Shown: positions 38,312 to 51,509 of the stretch, piece by piece
Layout of the letters: each line of letters opens with the position of its first letter
Numbering within the stretch: position 1 is the stretch's first letter
Source of the DNA: Octopus sinensis
Taxonomy: Eukaryota
Length of the DNA stretch: 64,000 nt
Assembly: GCF_006345805.1 (NCBI RefSeq)
Contig: NC_043007.1
Coordinates: 43,400,001 to 43,464,000, forward strand
Direction of reading: 5' to 3'
The notes under the pieces: model-generated
What the model saw: only the letters and a program-made list of their open reading frames with translations
Told to the model about the DNA's origin: nothing
Database searches by the model: none
Position numbers and translations under genes: made by a program

Positions 38312-41300
38312 GGTGCAGGTGTGGCTGTGTTCTGGATTCAGTCCCACTGCGTGGCACCTTGGGCAAGTGTCTTTTACCATAGCCTTTGGCTGACCAAAGC
38401 CATGTCAGTGGATTTGATTGACGGAAACTGAAAGAAGTCTGTCCTATATGTATTTGTGTCTGTGTTTGTTCCTCCTACCATCACTTAGAAACCAATGTTG
38501 GTATGTTTACGTCCCCGTAACTTAGCAGTTCAGCAGAAGATATCGATAGAATAAGCACCAGGCTTACAAAGAATAAGTCCAAGGTTCGATTTCTTCAACT
38601 AAAAGGCAGTACTCCAGCCTGGCCACACTCAAATGATTGAAACAAGTAACAGAGTAATATATGTATACACATATATCATCGTTTAATGTCCGTTTTCCAT
38701 GCTAGTGGACGGTTCAACCAGTGTCTGGGAAGCCAGGCGGCTGCACCAGGCTCCAGTCTGATCTGGCAGTGTTTGGGTCTCAACCTTAAACCAGCATGTC
38801 TCGGAATATTTACACTTACCTCCCCGAAATAAATTTTCGGAATTTACTATATAAAAATGACCTTTGAAAAAAATTGATTCTTTTGCAGTTCAGTGTATTA
38901 TCAATTCTGGTGCCTCTTAATTTTTGTTTATACTCACACGCTTTTCTTCCAGTACATTAACAACTTGCTCATTGTCACCTTTAACAAAGCTCACATTTAT
39001 GCAAATGAAATTAGTCTTCACTTCTCCTTAACAGAGAAGTTACCACACATCATGACAATCTCCTGCCTCACCCAGTCTATACTCTTGGACAGGGTTCTGC
39101 ATATGACTTTAAACTGCATCTGAGAGTGGGACCCTGCTTTGGAAGTTCTAGGATTCTGAGTAGTGTGGGACCACTTCTCATTCCCAGGTTTACTCTGACC
39201 TGGAATAGTAACAACTGTCAGGGTCCCAGTTATGGTTTAATTAGCATATTAGGGCTTGTCTACCAATGTATGTGAAGGCTGGATTCAGCGAACTCTGCAG
39301 AAAAAAACTTTCATATTTCAGCAGAGAAGGTAGCTGCAACAATGCATTGCTGAGTGCAGAGAGCAAAACGAAGCAATTAAGACATGTTGGTTATTTACTG
39401 CACCCGTCTCTGTCCCTAGTCGTCTTGACACTACATTAAAGATGATCATGGACGGGAAAGTAAGGTTGACGGTGCACAACTCCTTTTCACTTTAAACAGT
39501 CACCGAGCAAGTGACCAGTCATTCTCTAGGAGGACCATTTGGCTCTTATCCCTCCGACCGATGAACGTGACAAAGCATAATTAAAATATCACAACAAATT
39601 CTAGGTCTTACAATGACTGACGATCTCTCCTGGTGATCCTTTATTGATAACATAGCAAAATATGCTACCTCAAAACTAACTCAAGTGAGAGATTTGAATA
39701 AACCACTACTTCCTCATCTGGGACGATGCTAAAGAGACTCATGAAAACAACGTAGACCACATCCAGTATAAAGTAGTCAGCCTGACTGGAAAAAAGCTTA
39801 ATCACCAACCAATACACTGTGTCATCATTCTGCTTTTCAACGGCTACTACATCAGCCTCTGCTCTTCTAAGTTAACTAGTTGCATACCACGATACTTGGC
39901 TTTTTCCCTCGGCACCCAGCAAGTGTATGTATAAACATACAAACACGTGTATATACATGTATAGGATATATAGGTATATATACGCAATCCTAGATGCGCA
40001 CACATTTTTATAAATGCATATGCATATACATACTTGTACACACACGCACATATGTATATAGCAACTAGTGACTTGTTTACGTATAGCAGTTATCAGGAAT
40101 ATGCCACCAATATTTATAATTTTAATACGATATCATTAAAATGGTTACAATTAAAACGTGAAGTAGCTAGTTATAGTTACGGTAACTGCTTTTATTGAAG
40201 TCTAGCTAGTATTTGGTATGACAACAGTACTGTCCTTCTTTAAGATATCGTAGTTTTTAAATGGGAATAAATAACACAAAATATAACCCAGCCATTCTGC
40301 ATGACTTAGTGAATAATGTAGGAGTAATAAGAGCCGACAGCAACTATAATTATAATTGTTATATGAGGGTCGAACTTCGAACTAAGTTTCTTTTAATTCC
40401 ATTTAAGTTGCGGTGTTTGGTAGAAGAGAGACGATGGAATGAATGAAAAGGTTAAGAAAAAGTCACTCTACTCACTTCAAAGGAAGTATGGAAATTATGG
40501 GCTGCAGTCATGTCGGAAAGTTTAGCAATAAACGTGTAGGAGACGAAGTGGGGGAGGAAGCTAGAAGTAAGAGAAAGGAGGAGGTACAAATGAGGAATAA
40601 AGAGGAAGAGGTAGCAATGAGGGGTGAGGAAGAGGAGAATCAGAAAGCAGTACAAACGAAATCTTTACTTGTAAAGTCTCTTCTTCCTCCTACTCCTTAT
40701 TTTAAGTAACAGCTGGTTGAATTTTTAAATAAATATTTAATATTTGATTATCAGGTAACAAAAAAAAATCAATAACATAACGGAAAAGATTGAAATTGAA
40801 ACAAATACACGAAAATAACAAAAAAATGAAGAATTAGTGGTAAGCGAGAAGCTAAAAGAAAGTGTTTGTTGGTAACAAGCAATAACAATAAAACAACTTA
40901 TTGTTGGTGAATGCGCGCGCGCCTTTATGACGAAAGTAGTAAATCGGTCAGAAAGATAAAATATTCCCTGATCAATTTCGTAATTTTAACGAAAGCAGCA
41001 AAGAATATACGAATAAAAGATGTCAATATATCTTTAATTTGATGTGGGATAATTGATATAATGTAGTAAACAAAATAATAATGTAAAAGACAGAATAAGT
41101 GAGAGTTGTGATCGATGTAAATAAATCGGGTGTATTGATACAAAATAGAGATTGGGCGGTCAGTTTGGATTGAGAAAAAACCGGTTCGAGATGGTTTTCG
41201 AGCTGAATGGCGCTTTTGAATGTTTACAGTTTTTGGCACACTTTTGTTTTGTAATTCTCGGTCTTGGTTGTTTATCTGCTGCTAAAATATTTTTCTGTTA

Positions 41301-43499
41301 ATGAATTCACAAATAAAATAATTTAAATTTAAAAAAAATCTTTATTACATTTTGAAAACATTTTTTTATAAAATACTTTTTCTTTCAAGTAAAATAATTT
41401 TGGATTTTATGACGAGATATTGTTTTATATATAAAAGAAAACGAAAAAAAAACTAGTTTGAAGAAATGAAGATAGTGTAAAATATATTAAGTCTTTTTTT
41501 TTAAGCGAGGGAATTAATTTCTGAAAAATATTTGTGTATACACACATTACGTATGTACGGATTTGTGTGTAAATATATATTTTATTTGTATATTAAGCAT
41601 GTGAATACAAAAGTACATAATTATTTTTGTATATTACGTTTTCATGAAGACAAGTTTACCCACCCAGTCAACCCTGATTGAACAGTACTACTATGATCAA
41701 AATCATTACAATCTCGATCATGCTGCATTTCTTAAGGATTACGTCTGAGCGTACATTATCTAAAGTGTTCTTTAGTAATTTAAGATAGTAACTTGTAATT
41801 TAGAGGTGATTTGATTGCTATTTAATTAACGTATGGCTGTGGCATATAGTTATAAACACACACTAGAAATCGCAGCTCCAGTGTCAAAAGTGGTTGGCAA
41901 CAACTTCAGTTTAACACATTTTAATGAATGATTAATTTGAGTTTTTTTTAAAAAAGGCTTATATAAATTTATATTTGGTAGTAAAAGAACGAGAAAAAAG
42001 ACGGACGTAACGGTCGAGAAAGAGTTAAATAGAAAAAGCTATGAGTAAGCAAACGGATCCAATCAGAAAGAGACCGTTAGAACCAGAAAAAACCAGTTAG
42101 GACCATGTTGGGTGTCTGCATTGTAGACACAAAGTGAGGGTACTACTTCGTCTGCTCTTAACTTCACGCTATTATTCCCAATTACGACTTCTTTTGCTCT
42201 GATTATTAAATTTCCTTTGCTATCGTTTTCGTTTCTCTGTATTTTACTATCCTATGTTTTCTTTTTAAAATCATTTTTCATTTAACTTATAGCCTACTTT
42301 TCTCATTCTATATTCCTTTTTCTCTCAAATATACTCGTTTCTTTGCTTTCTCTTTTTTCTTCTCTTATCTACTTCGGGTTGACGTTTTAAGTGGCAGATA
42401 GATTCATACATAACTGCAACGTACATGGCGGTGTTTTCCTTTCATTAACAACGAAATAAATGCAATCAATTACATTTCAATCCTTTCCACCAGTGTAGAT
42501 CAAAGATTTCTTTAAAATCCAAGAGTAAATGTTAAGAACAAGATGACAACCACAACTCTTAGAAGTATTTATTTATTTACATTTCAACATTACGTCAATA
42601 TGAATGTGCTTCTCATTCATTGTTAATTGGGTTTTGTAAAATATCAAAAATAAAGCAAAACAATACACACATATATGGAACTAAACTAACATTCTATTAC
42701 TGGTTTCAGACATTGGGTTGTGGTCATGCTAGGGCACCGCCTAGACAGGTAGTAGTCGATCCCGCTATTTTAACGAATTCTGTCGAAACGCGAAGTTTCT
42801 TTTTTATGTTACTTGTTAATCTTCAAGTTTTGTGAATGTTGGCTCTGATCGAGAAAACCTATAATTAAAAGCGTTCTGGCCAGGATCACTTCGTTTCTTT
42901 TTCTTCTTCCAAGTAATACAATTACATTATTCATCGTATTAAAAGATGGTAATAAGTCATTTAAAAGAGATTCAGCTGTTATTTCTGGCAGGTCTATCGC
43001 CTGAGTTAGAGCACATTGTTGATTTTAGGTGTTCCTGTCATAATCACTCTGTCTCTTTTTCTGACGTTATACTACATTATTAAATGTAGTCTTCTGTTTA
43101 TTTACTGAAGACAGTACGGCGTTACTTCTAGAAGGTCAATCAACCAATTCCAACAGGGTCTGTTGACTATTTATATAAAGTTTGTGATGCGATTCAAACA
43201 TTCTCATTCCATACTTCGTGTCCAACACACTTCTCTTCTACGAAAGTGATTTCGTCTATGCAAATGTTATCGACGGAATATTTCGAACGAGGCTCCGAGC
43301 AGACACGGAAATGACCGAAGCTGGTTGGCATGTACCAGTTTCAACCGGTTGCAAAGGGTTGCCTTACTCAGAGGTGTCGTCGAGACGGAGTGGACTAGTA
43401 ACGGTAAGATTTCTAAAATGGTCTTCTTGCATGACACTCTCGTGTTTTTTTATGAATGTTTTCGTTTTCTCTATAACTTTAAATAAATCTTCTCTAAAC

Positions 43500-43570
43500 T
43501 TGAATCATGTTGTAATTATGGGCGCCGCCATGTTGCTCAAGTAAACAACGGAAGCGCGTTTGATTCGTCT
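43500..43570 (-). promoter_or_regulatory. Candidate housekeeping core promoter (YY1 plus ETS-like motifs), possibly the ZNF410 TSS
   Basis: Minus strand CAACATGGCGGCG (YY1 consensus) and adjacent CGGAAG at 43549, in a CpG-dense patch. Confidence 0.5.
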
Positions 43571-46500
43571 AGTGGTATCGAAGGTACGCGAATAAAAAGG
43601 TCAACAACAAACTGTGAACACGTATGTAAGGTCCAGTTGGACGTTGCTTGGTCGTTACTACTTCCAAACATGGACCAGATTTAGTCAGCAGTTATCCTAA
43701 TGTGTCTTTACTTTATCAGCTTTATCGCTACATGTGCGTGCGTGTGTCTGAAACTAGGTGGAGGAGGAGGAATCCCGTGGTGGTCCCCCATTTTGTAACA
43801 ACAATATCCACAAACCATAAAGACCTGACAATTAAATTATTTTACATCTCACCATCGTCTTTTCCTTTCACTATTTCTGTTTACCCATCTCTGTTGTGTC
43901 GGTGGATGAAAAGAAATAATCAAAATCGATAATTGAACTGGCCACCACTGACTCGTGTGGTGCATCATTCTCTCTCTCTCTCTCTAGCAATGTACTTTTA
44001 AAACCACAATTCATCAACGTTAAAAGAAATATTTTCTAGCAACTCACCATTTATCTTCTTCTGTTTCTCTCTCTCCTTCCACTCTCATGAAATCACTAGT
44101 TCGATATACAATCATCTAGTTTTCCAATTGTCACGTTCATATTTAACACACACACATATAGTTCACCTACACACACATGTATGTGTATATAAAATATGAA
44201 CGATAACCAAACCCCTACTGACCCTTCATGTGATTGCATGCTCTGTCTGTGTATATATATATATATAGCGAAGCTAAAGAATACACACATACACAGTGCA
44301 TTGAAATGCATGAAGGGTTAGGGTTTGGTTATCGTTCATATCTATACATACTGCTACAAATATACGAAGGGTTAAGGTCTTGATGCTCTACCCTGATTTC
44401 TTTCTTAGAGAAAATAAACAACCAACGTTTGCATCGGTTTCTAACATGTTTCCAAGCACAAACCAAAGGGAATCGCATTCATACTGATATTTTTTCTATA
44501 CTCTAAAATACATTTAATTTCAATAATTTTTCAAAAGATATTAAGACAGAAATGAAGAATTGAGAATTATTTTCATGTGGGAGATCAAGATTTTCACTGG
44601 AGGTGAAATGAGATTTATAGAACGTAAGATGGGGTAGGGGAAGAAAACAAACCCTTTATTTCTGTTTAATTTTCATAATCATGTCTCCATAATTTCATTT
44701 TCTAGTAAATAATGTTTTGAATTTGTGAAAAATGTTGCTTTTTTTTGTCTCTCTCATTATTGTGATTGATAACTTTAAAAATGTCCTTAAATATTTTCAA
44801 GAGCGATCTTGTTTGATTTTAAAATGGAATCGAGAAGGGTATATATATATGTATAGTTACTTGTTTGGGTTAGTGACTTCGAAGTTAAAAAATCCATTCC
44901 AAGCTCCATTGATTCTCAGCAGATCACGAAGTCAGTGATCAAACAAAATACGAAGTATTCTATAAGATCAGTCAATCGCTATAGAGTGTATTAGTCTATA
45001 CATACTTATATATATATATATATACGCGCAGTAGATTCTAATATACATTTTTATAAAATTTTCTAATGAACTATAAGATATTTGGAAGCTTCTGTCGTTT
45101 GTTGTTTACATGACCCACGTGTGAGAGATAAAACGTTTTCTAATGCCACACACACACACATATGTATGTGTGTGTGTGTTTATACTCGGTAGCTTATACT
45201 AGACACATTTTTTAAATGTCTTTGAAATGTTTAAAATTAATTTCAAGTGATTCCTGAATTGAATATCGGGAGATCAAGTTTTAAAGGCTCTCTTGAAAAC
45301 CTATTCCTTATTGAACATTTTGTTTGCCTTACTATGGTAGTTGTAAAATATATACTTACTTTCTTTTTAGTTATATATATATATATATACACACACATTC
45401 GTTTTTAGTCTCATATTATGCTTCCTTTTTTTCTTACATGAACATTAGCAGTCCCTTAATTTACTTCCTAAAACTGGTATTTTAAATGGAATGGCTGTCA
45501 TGCAGTAATAATAGCAAATATTTCGTTCATTAATGTTGAAATTCGTTCGATTCTCTACACAACGGTTTTCATTATAAGACAGTTATTTAATTGGAATCAT
45601 TTTTTCTTTACACCAAATACTCCTATTTCACAATTTTCAAGAAATTCCTAACTGAAATTTCGAAATAATCACCTCCTCCATCATTGATAGTGTTCGAAGA
45701 AAACGACATGTAAAAAAATGCTTATCGATCTGATTTGCTCCCTTTCAAAACAAACACTGGTGCTTTAACCTTGTTTTCTGTCAAATAATAGGATCGTGGC
45801 TGATTAACTATTTTAGAGTCGTCTGTCAGCTATTAAGTCTTCTCTGAGCGGGAGAATGGTAAAAACGGTCGCCGTAGCCCCTCCTCTCCCCCCCTCCTCT
45901 ACCTCTCTTACACACACTTTCTCTTTTTGTCATTCTTTATAATCGGAAATTTCCATTACTGCTCTCAGCTGAAATCCCATCTAAGTTCTCTTTAAAAGCG
46001 CCAGATTCTTCAAGCTACCTGTTATTATGATGGTGTGTGATCCTACCGCGAACTTCGATCGCACAGAGCTTATTGAGCAAAGGAAGTCCAGCCGTAACCA
46101 CCCCGTCATTTTAGAGCCATATAGGACTATATTTATCTAATGCGTCTTTTCTTTTAGTTAGCATAGTTGCGTGTACATTGAAAGAGATTTGGTTATTTCT
46201 CTACATTGGACTCACTTATTGTATATATATATTATGTGAATGTGACGTGTTTATATGAATCTTTCTTGTTGAAGACGACGTTGGTTTTTGACCAAATGAA
46301 AATAGCAAAATAGTAGTATGTTTACTTGTAATATAGGAAATAACTGTAGAGTAGTAAAATAAGTTTTCGACTTCAAGCGAATTTTTAATTTTATTTTTTT
46401 TCTCGACGTTAAAAAGCATATTAAAAGGTTTCTTATTTTTGTGTATTTTCTCCTCTTTAGATATCCTGCCATTACAGGGTAAACACAACTTTTAAAATAC

Positions 46501-47129
46501 TTCGAAATTTACTATTTTGTAGAATATTAACGTCGAATTTTACGTCTTTAACAGTTTACCGCAGCTTATGGTTATGTAAAAAAAATTAGGAAGTATCTCA
46601 CTACGTTTCAATTAGGAAAACGCTGTAGGAAAGTTACCAAGTATAATATATATATATATATATATATGAGTAGCGCGCGTGTGTGTATGAATATATGTCG
46701 CAGTTTCGCCAGTCTCTCTATTTTACACTGTCTCTTAGTACCTGTAATTAATGTCAATTTATTGACATTGTACATGATTACTTTACTGTACCAAGTAAAC
46801 AAAAGCTAGCTTTAGATTATTTCCTCGAAGAATAAAGATCTGGTGCGTAGGTACCTTGGACTTAAGACGAATGTGTTGCTTTACCTCAATGACAGAAAAT
46901 GCAGTTTTCTCTCTCTCTCGCCTCCTCACAGATTTCTTCTCTTTCTCTACTCACGCCTTCCCTCCAAACATTACGTCATTCCAGTCTGCTGCGGAGGAAA
47001 ATAAATACAACATTGTGGCATTTAAATCTGCCACCTTTTTTTTTTATTCATTTATGCGTTCAACCCAAACATTGTGGTCATCCTCGGGCTATATAAAATA
47101 TTTTAATTTGGCTGCAATTTGATCCGACT

Positions 47130-47254
47130 ATATGTATATAATATATATTAATATACAGCAGTCTATATTTGTGTATATATATAATATATATTAATATACA
47201 ATCGTGTATATGTGTATATATATATAATTGAACATACATATAATACTATAAATT

Positions 47255-47314
<60 letters not shown>

Positions 47315-47959
47315 GTGTGTGTGTATATTCATATACATTCGATTTTCTTTATGTATAAACGTATGTGTTTGTGCATGTATCTACATATGTATGTATATAT
47401 ATATATATATATTATATATATATATATAATATATGAATATATATATATATATGAATATATATATATAGAATATATATATATATGAATATATATAATATGA
47501 ATATATATATATATGATATATATATATATGAATATATATATATATATGAATATATATATATATAGATATATATATATATATATATGAATATATATATATA
47601 TATGAATATATATTATATATATATGAATATATATATATATATATATNNNNNNNNNNNNNNNNNNNNNNNNNNNNNNNNNNNNNNNNNNNNNNNNNNNNNN
47701 NNNNNNNNNNNNNNNNNNNNNNNNNNNNNNNNNNNNNNNNNNNNNNTATGTATATATACATGTATATATCATGTGATCACGTGACCGACCAGGCTATCAG
47801 ATGTTACTACACATCACTGGTCACAATGTGCTTCGCATTGTTTTAGTCTTCAAATGACGCCATCCCGCTGGCTAAGCGAGTTGCCTATATGTATGTTTAT
47901 GTATATATGGATATGTATGTATGTATATATATATATATTTTCGTATATGTATGTATGTG

Positions 47960-47994
<35 letters not shown>

Positions 47995-48135
47995 TTATAT
48001 ATCTATATATTTATCTTTAAATATATGTATATGCATATATATATATATCTGTATATATTTATCTTTAAATATATGTATATGCATATATATATATCTATAT
48101 GTATATATTTTATCTATATGTATATATATATGTAT
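47130..48135. repeat. Long (AT)n-derived satellite containing a 100-N assembly gap (47647-47746)
   Basis: Directly visible; includes atatatatgaat higher-order units. Confidence 0.95.
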
Positions 48136-48476
48136 ATAAATTAAAAAAAACATCTTTTATTACTTTAACAATGAAATAACGATGATATAATTAAATTATA
48201 CCATATAGAAAAAAATTAAATATAAGATCATATACCGTTAAATAAGTACATGTGTTTTGTGGCTATATTTAAAAACTGATAAAAGTAAAATCGATTTAAT
48301 TTAAATTTAGTCACTCTTCAGGTCCAACATAAAAAGAATAAAATAAATATAGGTGTACAATCTTTTATGAAAATATAAATAAACATTATATATATATATA
48401 TATAGATATTGTTATTTCATTGTTGAATTAATAAAAGGTGGGTTTTTTTCTAATTAATATACATATATGAATATGA

Positions 48477-49255
48477 ATGCACAAGGGAGCCCTTGAGGTA
48501 TTAGATAGAACTTTGCGAGACATAAAGGAAAGTGACGAACTGATTGGGGTTGTCACTGTCTTGCTATCTGGGGTCTTTAGACAAACCTTGCCAGTGATTA
48601 TGAAAGGTACAAGGGTGGATGTAAGTTTTCACCTCTATGGGGTCATGTTACTTTAAAGTTAGAATCCAATATGAGAGTGCACCTCCATGAGGATCCATTG
48701 TCAGAAGATTTTGTGAGGGACATTCTCCTTCATGGCAAGGGTAAAGTTCCAGAAGGAAATGAAGATGTTGACATAAGTAACAGTTGCACAATAGCCAGTT
48801 ACTATCCAGATTCTTCAGGACCAGGTCTTCCCAGGCCTAGAAGTCCACAACTGAGATCTAGATTGGCTTTGCCAAACAGGCATTTTGGCTCCTAAAAACG
48901 TTGTGGTTAGTGCAATCAACAACACCCTCTTACTGCATTTGCCTGGGATGTGACAGTCTATAAGTCAGTAGACACCATACCCAATCAGGATGAGGTAGTT
49001 GATTATTCCACTGAATTTTTGAATTTCTTGGAGCCTTCAGGTGTATCTCCACATATTCTTTACTCTTAAAGTCGGTAGCCCTGTTATGCTGATAAGGAAT
49101 TTAAATCCACCGATGTTGTGCAACGGTACACGCCTTGTTATCACAAAATTACTTCCCAATGTCATTGAAGCAATGATTATGACCGTCTGTGCTAAAAGTC
49201 AAGACATCTTCATATCACAAATTCCCCTTGTGCCTTCAGCTGCTGACTTTCTGTT
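48477..49255 (+). mobile_element. Helitron RepHel PIF1-type helicase fragment (pseudogenised)
   Basis: MHKGALEVLDRTLRD...VLLSGVFRQTLPV, SNMRVHL, and LTLKVGSPVMLIRNLNPPMLCNGTRLVITKLLPNVIEA across frameshifts. Confidence 0.9.
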
Positions 49256-49519
49256 CATAAATAACAGTGACAAAAAGAGTAGACACCGCCAGAAAATATT
49301 GTTGACAAAGAACAGCAGAAATTGTATTCACCTCAGTAGACGTCATTGATTGGTTGAAATTGCCGAAATGCAGGTAATTTAACAACAAATAGCTTACAAA
49401 CTACAGAATTTTCTCAAGAAAGCCAAGAGAAAAAGATGTTTTATGTAACACATTCTACCAGTATACGAAGTTTAAAAGTGTTTAGTTACAAAGAAATTAT
49501 TAAAAAAATCTGCCGGTCA

Positions 49520-49900
49520 AAGTGAAAGGATCCCCACACTACTACACCTTACACCACCATACAACACATCAATCACAACACACCAGCAGTGACCACTTCC
49601 CAGACCCACATTTTCACACCTACTCAAACACACATGCAATATCAAAATCACTAGCCCTCTTCCACAGGCACATACAAACTTTCTTATACACACGCACCTT
49701 CGTTTTGGGATCACCACTACTTTATTTCCCCTTCTCCCTAGCTCTCCTGTGTGACCCTTCTGTCCGTCATTCGCCATGATAGATCGCTAGCCACTACACA
49801 TTCTTTATTTTCTCTCTGTTTTCCTTTCTGTGGAAGAGCGTAGGCTCGAAACATTAAAGACTTTTTCACTTCCCGAGCGTTATTCTAATACATGTTTTTT
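49520..49900 (+). mobile_element. Penelope-like element terminal-repeat remnant with hammerhead-like motif
   Basis: C/A-rich stretch ending in gaagagcgtaggctcgaaac, a pattern typical of PLE pseudo-LTRs. No RT or GIY-YIG ORF is visible. Confidence 0.5.
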
Positions 49901-50229
49901 GTTGTGAATTCTCCCTATATATACATATACATATATACGACAGGCTTCTTTCAGTTTCCGTCTACCATATCCTCTCACAAGGCTTTATAGTAGAAGACAC
50001 TTGCTCAAAGTGCCACGCAGTGGGACTGAACCTGGAACCATGTGGTTGGTAAGCAAGCTACTTACCACACAGCCACTCCTGCGCCTAAACTTATTGGGTT
50101 CTCATCAGAGGTATCTACATCAACTTGTTCAACACATAAACAATGGGTTCTTTTCTTTTATTCTTTTACATATTTCAATCATTTGACTGCGGCTGTGCAG
50201 GAGCACTGCCTTTAGTAGAAGAAATCCCC

Positions 50230-50783
50230 GGATGAACGGCACATGTCAACCCAATTTCTAGTTAACTAAACACTTTTAAACTTCGTATACTGGTAGAATG
50301 TGGCTTTATTGAGAAAATATAGTTTGTAAGATATTTCGTCTGAAATTTCGAGCATTTCGGCAATTTTGACACCGCTAGAAAAACGTCCCATTTTCCGTAG
50401 CGGTGTCGTATGAAATTGTCACCCATAATTATAACCCTAGTAACGATCTATTGCATTTCAATCTATTTTAGATTTAGGGTTAGGGGTGGGGGAAGGGTAT
50501 CTTTTTTTCTTCGCAAATGTAAATAAGCCCAATCTGTTTCTTAAACGAGGGACATATTCATACAGAACGGGATGTTTTCACCCCAAATGGAGGTCAGCGA
50601 TTGGTTAAAATTGCCGAAATGCTTGAAATTAAAGTGGAAATATGTTACAACATATAGAATTTTCTCAATAAAGCCAAGAAAAAAATGATGTTTTATAAAC
50701 ACATTCTACCAATATACGAAGTTTAAAAGGGTTTAGTTAACTAGAAATTGTGTTGACATGTGCCGTTCAAAAGGAAAAGATCC
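50230..50783. mobile_element. Long-TIR MITE (GG-terminated, possibly Merlin-like) inserted in a SINE
   Basis: 50233-50302 is almost the exact reverse complement of 50700-50769, and similarity extends to ~140 bp. A solo copy of the right TIR is at 49335-49530. Confidence 0.75.
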
Positions 50784-51417
50784 GACCCCCTCTCCAGGAC
50801 TTATTATTTGTACTGTCGCCAACATTTGCTTAACCGTTAAGTTTCGAGGATGTGACTACACTAACATAAGTTGTCACGCTATGATGGGAGATGAAACACA
50901 CACACACGACGGGCTTCTTACAGTTTCTGTCTACCAAATCCACTCACTAGGCTCGGTCGTCCCGAGGCTATAGTACAAGACACGACGTAACTACAGATGT
51001 ATAACCTCCGACCTTGTTGCTTCATAACTTCCATAAAAATGGATACTTTTTAAGGAAACTTTGAACAAATAATCACCTAGATCCTTGTAGATTGAGTGTA
51101 TGTAAAGATTTGCCGGAAAATTTTCTCGGATGGGTCGAGCAGTTTCGGAAAATGCACACGACCCATTTTTTAATGGAATTTTATACAAATACCTTTGAAA
51201 CTGTGTAAATCACGATTACAAAGAAATTTGTAGGCAAAATTTTTGGGAAGGAGGCGAGGAAAAAGTGTGATTTAAGCGAGGTTTGGCTGTTGTTTCTAGC
51301 ACATCGCAAGACCACCCACATTTTTTTCTCACTTAAATATGTATTGATGTTTTTCAGTATTTTCCTCTATAAACACATTTATAAAAAAGGAAATTTTGAA
51401 AATTTATAATATTGATA

Positions 51418-51473
<56 letters not shown>

Positions 51474-51509
51474 TCCGAATTATATAGTATTAAGTATCCA
51501 TCACGGCTG

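Noticed and set aside
39350-39560. Possible RTE LINE 3' remnant (KQLRHVGYLL...TLKMIMDGKV)
   Set aside because: Too short and degenerate to call with confidence.
40443-40709. 88-aa Glu/Arg-rich ORF
   Set aside because: Purine-rich low-complexity sequence with no supported splice context or homology.
43505-43507. In-frame TGA as selenocysteine
   Set aside because: No CxxU/UxxC redox motif, no recognisable selenoprotein similarity, and no SECIS identified.
43509-43522. ZNF410 autoregulatory site (CGCCCATAAT)
   Set aside because: Only the CCCATAAT core matches CATCCCATAATA. No perfect motif or cluster was noticed in the window.
47329-48144. Ile/Tyr-rich ORFs (also at 22215-22468 and 38089-38431)
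   Set aside because: These are translations of (AT)n microsatellites and the N gap.
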